A DNA stretch of 64,000 nucleotides from Octopus vulgaris. Its lineage: Eukaryota. Location: positions 31,248,001 through 31,312,000 of the forward strand of contig OX597829.1 of the NCBI GenBank assembly GCA_951406725.2, read 5' to 3'. The translations under genes were made by a program, and so were the position numbers. Positions 53,296-64,000 of the stretch are shown in pieces (the stretch's first letter is position 1; every line of letters begins with the position of its first letter). Under the pieces are notes generated by a model, which worked only from the letters and a program-made list of their open reading frames with translations, was not told the DNA's origin and ran no database searches.

Positions 53296-56200
53296 AACAC
53301 ATGCACTGCAATTATATTCAACATTTTGAGCTATGGGAGTAATCATTCTGCAATACTTCTATTTTCATTGGCCTCTTATTTTCTTTTTAAGCATTTCTTT
53401 AAGAAAATTATAAAATCATAAGATTAGTTTCTGCTTTAAAATACCATTTTTCTGCACATATCCTGTTCTCATCACTTGAATGTTTTTCTAAAGAAAATAA
53501 TGGTCACATAAACATAATCCCATGCAACACTCATGCATACATACAAACATACACATGCATTTGTTCATTCACTCATTCAAATGCATATTTATATTCTAAT
53601 CAGATACATAAATGCATACAGATTACACATGCATCCTTATTTTTTCCTCAGACATATACAGTTATATATGCATTTGCTTATATATATATATATATGTATG
53701 TATATATATATATATATCGTCATTACTAGCTTCATACATTTATCCACAGACACTCTTGACTTATAAGAGTTTATTTAACATTCTTGCAATCTCTCTGCAG
53801 GGAATATTCATACCTTAAAATTAAGGTAATCTATTGTGATATATAGAGGCATAATGTTTAGGGCTATAACGGGTACTTGTCTACTCGATGAGCCTAGCTG
53901 TTGTCCAACCAAGAATAGATTGTTCTATCAATATCTTGCATTAATAACATTCTGTACATGCATATGTGTGCATACACATACTTTTGTGTGTCACACTCTT
54001 ATGTTCACAAATTAATATAAAATATTAGTTTGTGAATACACACACATAATATATATATATATACATATATATATATATTTCAGTTTTATACATAAGAATA
54101 TTAGAATATATTATTTCCAGACACCCAGATTTAAAAATCTTGTAATTTTAGTATTTCCTGGATATCTCACATCAATTATTTTCCAGTAAGCATGTTGAAA
54201 ATTTTCATGCAATATATGTATATAGATCAAAAGCAAGGTCATATTCTGATATCCTTATCTTCAGAGCAATTTAAAGCTTCTGTGATATTGAAAGTTCTTC
54301 AGGCAGTGCATATTTCAAGCATTTAAAAGTGGTCTTATAAATTAGTTATTTGACTAAAACAAAGAGCTTGGCTGGGCCAATAAACTATTTGGTACAATTT
54401 GAAGATATGACAAGTTGCTGATTGATTCATTTTTATTACATCAAAAGGACTTCATGTTAATCTAGTTGACTCAAGTATAACATTTTCTTCACAGTTAAAC
54501 TGTTTTCTGATGTTGGTGTTTTGCGTGAAATTGAATTGTACTAATTTAAACGAATGTTTATTTCAATATTCACTGTTATATCATATGTAAAGTTTCAAAG
54601 TTCAAGGGTGGATAGTTGTGAGTGCTTATAAATTTGTTAGCTTGTTATTTTATTGCTAATATGATAATAAAATAAGACTTTACCAATGGATGTTTTTTTT
54701 TTTATTTTGTTTGTACTCTTATCTCTATCTACCTTTCTCCCCATTCCTCTTGGTTGGACAATAGTGATTTTGGATTCTAGTGTTTGCTGGGGCTTGTAGT
54801 GTCCTTTGTTCATTGGCTGTGTCAAATACTTGTAGCCCTATATTGGTCACTCAGGGAAAGAACAGTCATTTGGAATGAAAAGTTTATTCACTTGCAGTTG
54901 TAATCATTGATTGTTCCAAAGAGTTTTAGACTCAAGAAGTTTATATAAATATATCATTCATAACCATTTATTTCAATTAAGTTATTAAATACATGTATTA
55001 TATAACAATGCTACATAATCAACCTGATTAGTTTGTTTTATTGCAATCAGCAGATACATTAAAATTTACTTTACAATTATATAATTATACTAGTTATTGA
55101 AAAAATACTTATTAGATTGTCATAGTTTAGTAAAAAAAAAAAAATTCCATTATTAGCATTATATTTAATACATAACCATTTTAAAATGTATATTAAAACA
55201 TTTAAACTATTAAATTCAATTTACTTATATTCCTAATTGAAAAATAACTCATAGATTTACTTTCTAGCATTTGCTTCTATATCAAATTATCTAATCAGGC
55301 TCGTATGTGTGTATGTATTGGTATGGTTGCCAAGTCGGATGTCTATTTCCTAAAGAGCAAATTACAATAGAAATTATCTCCCCTTCTTTCTTGAGTAGCG
55401 CTTTAGTTAAAAACGAAATGAGGTTATTCTGTTGAAGGCATTCACTCTAGAACTGAAAGGATATTGTCTGACTGTCAGTCTAATAAATTACTATTCTGAT
55501 TCCATTCCTGCTTGGATAAAAATAATTTTAGTTTCTTTCAATATTTACTGATGCAATAGGTCTTGAAAGTTTTCGTTGTTTTTAGCATTTTAGGGTTTTT
55601 TCTTTTTTTTCTAACTGCAATATCTTAATGTCTTCAACTTTTCAGTTCATAGTAGTGTATATATAATAGGCTGCTGAATGTATAGTAGATGTGTGCATTT
55701 ACCTTATATTTGAATCTGCCTCTTCACATGAATGAATGTATTACAATCCATCAAAGACCTAATTTTGGCCAACACATTATGTACATGTGCACACATTCTT
55801 GTACCAGTCCATTGTTGCTCATTGAAAGTTGAATAATTTGTGTGTACATGTGCATATATACATAATGCATAATATGTGATATTAATAGAAAGAATAATTA
55901 TTTCTATTACAAATTTATACTTTAGCATACTTTAGAAGTAGATTTTTGCTTGGCTTCTTTAAAATTATTGTAATTCTTCATGGAAATACAATAGATTGAT
56001 TTAGGAAGAACCTAAACAGCAAGTATTTTTAAGTGTTTCATGTCATCAAATTTTGCATTTCTCAAACACTTCAAACAAGAGGTTTGGGAGTCTGGGATTG
56101 TTGGTGAAAATGGCAAAAGTATTTCAAATACTGGAGAAAAATATCATTAGCATAATTTACAAAAAGTTTCTGACTGGAGTTACAATGAGGATGCTTCTGA

Positions 56201-57165
56201 TGTGACTTGCAGTATCTTAATACAGAATATTCATTGTGGTAGTATCTTAGTAAGAAGACTGGCTGTTTTGTTGGTCTAATGATAAATGAAAAGAAACAAC
56301 ACAATGTACTTGAAAATTTAGTAAAGCATTGTACTATCTATGCTTCTTGGGGCACTGTTGAGGATTAAGAATTTGTAATATATCTGATACTTGTCAGGTT
56401 GGCAAGAGCCCATTTCTCTTTACCAATTCAAGTTTTCAAAAATGGTAAATTATTTTTATGGTGCTACCTGCCTCTTAGAACAATACATTACTCTGTAGTA
56501 GTTATTGCCGGGTGGATTAGACCATTGAGAATTAGTGTCTTTGCTCAACATAATTCAGTATGTCAGTAGCCTGAGCACTATGCCAATAAGAGCAGTTGTC
56601 TTTCTCATTTCAACACATGATTACAATAATTCTGGAGATTCCATTTGTTTTGTTTTGATAAGCATTAATCACGCTTACCATTAAGACAAAAATGTCATCT
56701 GAAACTTAATTTCTTAACAGTTCATTATGGATTTTAATATATGGCAAGAGCTAGGAAAATATTACATCTTTAGGAGTAATAAATTTTATAAAGATTAGGT
56801 GACACATTAGACCATGAACATTTTTGATCTCCTCTTTGATTTGTTTTCCTCAACGTCTGACAAAAGGAAACTCTTGTAAAGATAGTTTTTAATGCATAGC
56901 AGCTGAATTATTTCTGTTGTATGCCTCATTTGTTTTTAATTTGACTGACAGACCAATTAATTAGTATAAATCCAGTGGAACTTGCCTTTGTAGATGAAGG
57001 AAGATATATGGTCCTGCCTTATGGAATAGATATTGGTTTATATGAGAGATTCCTTTCTTTCATTTCAATTACTGAATTATGCCACTGTTCTGGAGATATT
57101 TCACCGCTATTTCTTCATATGTACATACATGCATATATATGAATATTTATATGAACATATTTTCA

Positions 57166-57216
<51 letters not shown>

Positions 57217-57914
57217 GTATACACACAATAAATATGTAGTATATGTTTAGTTAAAATTAATGGTGAATCATTGGGTTTTGGCTCTTGCCCTCTTTTTGCG
57301 CGTGTGTGTGGAAATTTGTAGACATGGTAATTTTGCTTTCCATATAATTAGTGAGTTACAAATGCCTTTCTTAATACTCTGACATTAATTTTAGACTGAA
57401 ATTATATCTTTATCCACCAACTTAGATATGTTCAACCCTTAGTATTTTTTTTTAAGCACCAACTTTGAAGGATGTTAGCTGATGAAATATAAAGTTGAAA
57501 TTTTCAAAGTTGTCAGTTTTGATGCTTTAACGCTATCAAAATATGTAAGTAGCCTTATAGTGACACTGTCATGTTACTTGGAGACATATAGAGGAGAAAC
57601 TGAATTTGGTTTTTAAAGTTGTAAAATATAAGTTTTCTATTTTAGTTCTTGGATTTTTTCTTTTTTTACAAATTTTTGTGAAGCTGAGTTTGTTAATCTG
57701 AACAAAAATGCTTGTTCAGTAGAAGAAATTTAAAGATAGCTAGGAATATTTTTCAGTGCTATTGGAAAGTATCTATTCTTTAAGGGAAGTAGATTTGTTT
57801 TTTTATTTGCTATAGTTTTTGATATCACAGAAAGAAAACATTCTGATCATTTGGATAGCATCAATATATGTATTTCTAGCTTTATCAAATAGAATATATA
57901 AATATATGAACCAT

Positions 57915-58055
57915 ATGCTCTGAGTTCAAATCCTGCCAAGGTCAACTTGGCCTTTCATTCTTCCAAAGTTGATAAAATGAGGTACCAGTCAAGTACTAGG
58001 CTCAATATAATTGACTCTTCCTAACTCCCTAAAATTCAGGCCTTGTATCAATGTT
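57915..58055 (+). mobile_element. SINE fragment, same family as 27185-27330
   Basis: GAGTTCAAATCC (B box) GGTCAACTTGGCCTTTCATTC..GATAAAATGAGGTACCAGTC. Confidence 0.65.
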
Positions 58056-59635
58056 ATAAAAATTTACTAGTGTTTTATCTATATATATATATATATAAAA
58101 CTTACATTACAGTACCGAGTATTAAAGTCAGGCATTTTTAACGATATGAGCATTTTTCCTTTTTTTTTTTTTTCTAATTTCAAAAAGTTTCATCTCCCAT
58201 TAGTTAGATTCATACAGAAGACAGACTTTTGATTTGAAATTTTTTTTTTTTTCCAGTCATTATCATTTTCTTGTTATTGATCTCTTAGTATAATAATGTC
58301 CTCTTGAACCAAGTAAAATTAGTTTTTATCAATATTGAGGATTCTCATTTCTTAGTTCATTTTGATAATTCTAATGAAATAATTTGTGCATACGTAAATA
58401 AATACATACATACATACACCAAACTTTCATTTTGAATATTTTTTAAGTTCATCACAGAAAAAAAGAATCAGACTGTCATTTAATCCATTTTCAATTTTTC
58501 CTCTATCTCTTTTTAAAAACTTCCTCAAGACAGTGTATGTGATAAACTAGGGAATCACTGTCCAAATTTCTGTACACCTCAGTTCTGTGAACTTCAGTCT
58601 ATATGATGTTGCCTTTCTTTAAGTGCCTGTCCACACTAATTTAGACGGTATTTAAATTTAAAAAAAAAAATAAAATAAAAATAATAAACAAAACCAAGCA
58701 TTACAAATTATCAGAAAGAACGAAAACATGACTTCAAAAGGTTCCCATTCTATCAAGCTTTATATTTGTGTGTGTGCATATACAATTGTATAAATGTGTT
58801 TGTGTTTATATACATGTGTGTGTGTGTGTATGTATGTTTATGTAAATGTAATACCTTCAAGAAATAATTTGTGAATAATTGGTACATTTATTGTTTACAA
58901 AGTGCAAAAGTTTTTAAAAAAGGACATCTTTCATCATTGCAGTTACATTCAGTTTAAATTGATTACACACATCTTTCAGTGAAGTAATGTTTTATCCCTT
59001 ACTTGAGGTTTAATGAAATTAAGCAGTTTGTTTACAGCACAGCGAGTTTATTTAATTTTTTTTTTTTTCATGTTTTTAGTATTAGTTTTGATAATTCTTG
59101 CCATTGTATTATGGAGTTGTACCTTTTTTTATTATTATTAATGGGTTTTCATTTGCAATTTTTCAGATTTTTTTTTTTTAAACAATAAGAAAAAGTATCT
59201 TTAGTCTCCTAAATGGTGGTAATACAAACTGATGTAACTCTTTGAAACTCTACTTTTTGTTGAATAAAATAACAGATAATTATAGAACCCTTACCCTCTT
59301 TTTTCATAAATCAAAATTAGGTTTATTTAATTTAATCTGATTGGTTGTTAATGAAATTAAACATAAAGTGCTATTTTATCTTGTATTTCATTGTTTACTA
59401 ATTTTTCAAAGTTTTATCCGTCCGCTGGGGTTTATTATTCGTTCCCGTCCCATTGATTAGTGTTATTTTAATGATTTAAGTATCCAGAATACCATGTCCA
59501 AGTTTGCATGTAGTAAGTGTAGCATAAAATGTTATTGCATATTCTGGTTAGTTTGTATTTATGGGACTAGGTTTATGATTTAAGGTGTTTTGTTTTTATA
59601 GGCATTAGGAGTACATTTGTTGTGTGTGTGTGTGT

Positions 59636-59686
<51 letters not shown>

Positions 59687-60902
59687 TTATAAATTCTTGT
59701 TTGACTTTGTTGCATAAAAATGTTTAGTTTTTTTATATAAGAGAATTCACACAAAAAGGTTTAAAAGTGCATTTACTTACACTTTCCAATCAAGAATTAA
59801 CTTCATGGAAAGCCTGAATATTCTCTAACTATTCAGTTTGTTTTAATTAATTTTTCAACACAGTGTATAATTTCAGTTTTATATACAATAGTTCTCAAAA
59901 ATATTGAAATTAAATTTGAAAATTTAATTAATTTTTTTTTTTTCCTATTTGGTTTAAATTAGTTCAAAATGAAAACTCTTGAAGTCATATCTTTCTGATG
60001 AACAAAAATTGAATTTAGGTAATTATCTTTATTGTTGAAAACTTAAGCCGTTATTCCTAAAGTTAATCAATATTTAGAAAATTAAACATTTAATTAGTGG
60101 ATAAATAGGGACTGGTATTGTTTTGTTAGTGTGGATAGGCACAAAACACTAATCAAATGTAATTTTCAACCTTTCCAATCCTATAAATATAAGACTATAC
60201 AAAATATTTATCTTTTCCTTTACAAGGTATTTGTTAAAAGTGATTTTAAATATGAAAAATAACTGATATGTATGTGCTGGGAAAAAGTTGGTTATCTAGT
60301 GGGTTTTACTTTATTTTTCTCTCTCAATAGTGTGGATGTTGAACACTTCATTTTATTGGAGTCTTGTATGTTGGAGTATTTTTTTTTAATAATAGTGGTG
60401 AAATAAGGTTAAATCTTATTAAAAGAACAGTTGAAAAGTATTTTATTCTTGTTAGGCATTGGCAATTTCTGTAGCTTTATAGCATTAGCTTTAGGCTGAC
60501 TAACATGTGAGAAAAATTTTTACACACCAAAAAAAAAAAACCCCATTTAGAAGAATAAAATTATTTTCAAATTAGTTTCTCGGTATAAGCATCTAAATTT
60601 ACATACCAAGCACTTTTATTTTTAAGCCTGTATTAGTTTACATTCATTGTAATATGATTTTGTTATATTTTAATTCTTTGTTATGTATTTTAATTTTACT
60701 AAATTCCTAAAAAATTTTTTTCAACCTTTGTATCTTTGAATATTTTTATTTTTCACAGTTATGCTTTCAAGTTTATATTGGTGATTACTGTAGATGTAAA
60801 TTAAATTTCAAGTATATTTTTTACCCATAAAAAGGTTTTAGGTAGATATTTCAACTAATATATATACATGTATATATATATATATGTATGTATATATATA
60901 TG

Positions 60903-60939
<37 letters not shown>

Positions 60940-63900
60940 TACAATAACATCTTTCTTGCTCATTTCTTTTTTAATTCAATATAAAACCTAGTTTCTCTGA
61001 ACACTGAATAAGATTATTCAAATATTCTAGGTAAATTACATTATTTTAAGAGCTTTTATATTATTATTTTTTTTTACTAATTTATATTTGGTTCATTTGT
61101 CAACCATCTGGCTTATGATAGGTAGAACTATATTTCTAACCATTGATAAATTAGTGTTAATTAGTAACTGCTATGTTTCTTAATTTCTCTCTTCAACTTA
61201 ACGCTAGACTTTGCTGGTTTTTAACTTATGGGTTGCTGATAGAATGGGACCTTTGAACAGTTATGTTTGACATCATCCTATCCCTTTTCACAACATACAC
61301 ATTATCTAGATGATCCATTAACTTTACAGTGCTCTCAAATATTTTCATTTTTTTTTTCTCTCTTCTTCTTCCCCTCCATTTTATTTATTTGGTAATTATA
61401 TTTTTAGCAGACCATAATGATAGTCTGTTTATTTCTATTTGAAACTTGTACTCACATATTTTGCAGCAGTCAGAAACATTGCAATGCTGTAAAAAAATAT
61501 ATATATATAAAAAATATGAAAAAAATTGTACATTATAAGAAACTCCCGAATAAAGTGTTCAACAGCTACATAACTGGGATTAACTTAGTAAAATTAAAAC
61601 TTCGTTTATTAACCGCTGCAAATCTCCTACATAGCAACAGAATCTCTATTGATCATCTATTGCATTCAGAACCCCATTCTTATAATTACTATTATTATTT
61701 CATTCTTCTAATTCAATTATGAATTGAAAGTTTATACTTTATTGATTAACATTAATAATTCCATGAAAAAAAAAAAGATAGGTCCTGCTAAGCAAATTTT
61801 TTTTTTTTTTTTTTAATAAAGAATTTGTCATTGTTTTTTCTGCTATACATTAACATAAACATAAATGTCCTTACAATTGTATACTTCTTTATATCAATAT
61901 TGGTTCAAAGGCATTCCTTGATTCTATATGACAGTTTTTAACAGACTTATTACATTTTCGAACATTCACAAATTCGGAAGCTGTCCTGTTTTTTGTTTTT
62001 TTTTTTAAAAAAAAAGCTTCAACATATTTGCATGTCATGCAATTTTTATTTGACTTTTTATGAATTAATTCCTCCATCCAACCATCCTTTCTATAAAAAA
62101 AAATATAAAATAAAATGAAAAACAAAAACAACCCATCCCACCTTTTTTTTTTGCAGCAAAACAAAAAGATAAATATATTTAGCTGAGTCTATGTCATGGG
62201 TATTTGCAGCGGTTAGCTATCATTTAATTGTGATTAGGTGATGTCTTGTTGGTTGTTTTTTTTTCTTTTTTTCTTTTTTTTTTATTCGCTTGATGCTGAT
62301 TAAGGTTGTTGGTCCCCAGTTGCTGTTGTTGAATCCTGAATATATCATAATTTTAGTCATCCATGATATGTAAACAGCATCTTACCATATGTTACACTCT
62401 CAGTATTTAAATTGTTCTCTAAGAAAACTTATTACATTTCATGCTCAACTACATATACCCATCCTGTGACTATTTGCAAATTTTTACTTAGTATGTTCAA
62501 TAATGATGAAATGCCTTTCTAGCACTGAGTTTGGCATTCATGGTAGTAAGTTTAAGTAATTAGTAAGATATGTAATAAAGAAAATTCACCAGTGATCAGT
62601 TATTATTTATACTTAAGAAGTAGTTTGGTTTTTCTTTTTTTTCTTTGCTTTTTCAATATATGTTATATATTAAAGACATTTTATTTAGCAATATAAATGG
62701 ACTTGGTTTATATATATTTTCAATGTTTCATTTCATTGTTTGATAGATTCAAAAGTTTATTAGACACTTTAATTTTGCTTTGTAAATTCAAGAGATAAAA
62801 ATTTCTTAATTACAACTAATAACTGGTCCTTTTCAGTTAATAAGTTTATAGTTTCACTGATATATAAAAAAAAAAAGCAAAAACCATTTAGCATTTTTTT
62901 TTTTTTTTTAAGATTTTTTGGATCCAAAGAGAGAATATAAACAAACAAAAAAGGACTGCCCCCTCCCTCCCTCATAGTTGCAAATGTTATTTTAAGATAC
63001 TTTGCAACACTCAATTATCTTGAAGAAAAAAAAATATTGAAAAGTTGCAAAGATATGTATTGCCTATTTACATTTGTTACTGCAAATGTCTTTCATTATC
63101 AGTTTTGTACTTTATTGTTAGCAAAATGGACTCTGACATGTTCTCTTTCTAGCCATAGTATGCTGAAAGAAGGCTTTCATGATGACAACACCTGGAAATT
63201 GAAACTGGCATATTAAGATTAAGACACAATTGATGAGAATATGGTATTTAAAAAAAAAATAATAACAAACAACTTAAAACCCAGGAAAGATAGGTGAAAG
63301 TGGACTTTTTTTTCTTTTTAGGGTGGGTGGTAGGGTAGGCAAATATTTTGTAGGTTTCTTAATTTTATAGTAAATTATTGCTATTGTGGTTCCAAATAAT
63401 TTATTGATTTTGTGTAATTTCTAATTTTATTCAGATCTAATTTAATAGTTTTGTTTTTATTGATTTTTGTTAATTCTTTGGTTTATATATAAAAATATTT
63501 GCCATTTTTTTCAAATTCACCTTTCTACCTTTCTTTCCTTTTTCACCTCCCTAAATTAAAATGAAATAATAATAATAATAAAAAAAAATCTTTCATGTTA
63601 AAATTAACTTATATATAATATCCTGTAGTTTTAAATTATAGATTAAAAGTTATTACACTATTGAAAACACACCCAGGTCATTTGCTGCTTTCTATTTCTC
63701 ATATATATTCCCTGGGAGCTTTTGCAGCAATCAAAACCTTTGCAGAAAAATCTTTTCAGAGTAACTGCACATCTTGGATTATTATTTGTAGATGTTTGCC
63801 ACATTTTGTTTGATTTGAAAAATTTTTTCTTAGAAGTTGTTGATGGAAAAAAGAAAAAATTGCTAAATTTTGCAGTTAAATTTTTTTTTAAATGAACTGT

Positions 63901-64000
63901 ACTGTGGGCCCGGTCCATTTAGCTTTTTATTGATGTTTTCTTTGTTTTTAATGCTTTGTTGTTTTTTTTTTTCAGTGATTAAGAAGCCTGTGCTAGATTT

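Overview
AT-rich, microsatellite-rich animal genomic DNA. Its repeats (RTE-like LINE fragments, tRNA-derived CORE-type SINEs, (GAT)n tails) suggest an octopus/coleoid cephalopod, which is an inference. The window holds one complete + strand gene for the neuronal three-KH-domain RNA-binding protein Nova/pasilla. I assembled five core coding exons by hand (7971-8088, 41201-41341, 41923-42068, 43794-43947, 44641-45806; 1725 nt, 574 aa), with compatible phases, GT-AG boundaries and a ~33 kb first intron. The most interesting signal is a possible multi-layer RNA autoregulation system. (1) A frame-preserving 72-nt cassette-exon candidate (42761-42832) lies between KH1 and KH2, at the same position and of the same length as the autoregulated vertebrate NOVA1 exon 4. 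(2) Intron 1 holds two more phase-1 cassette candidates (17255-17305, 35514-35627) and a possible alternative first exon (11980-12025). (3) Dense clusters of YCAY, Nova's own binding motif, occur upstream of the ATG, downstream of the 51-nt exon and in the 3' region. (4) A ~200-bp-arm hairpin (52831-53266) has mismatches that are mostly G-U wobbles on the sense strand. All alternative exons and regulatory roles are predictions from sequence only, and all motif counts are manual.
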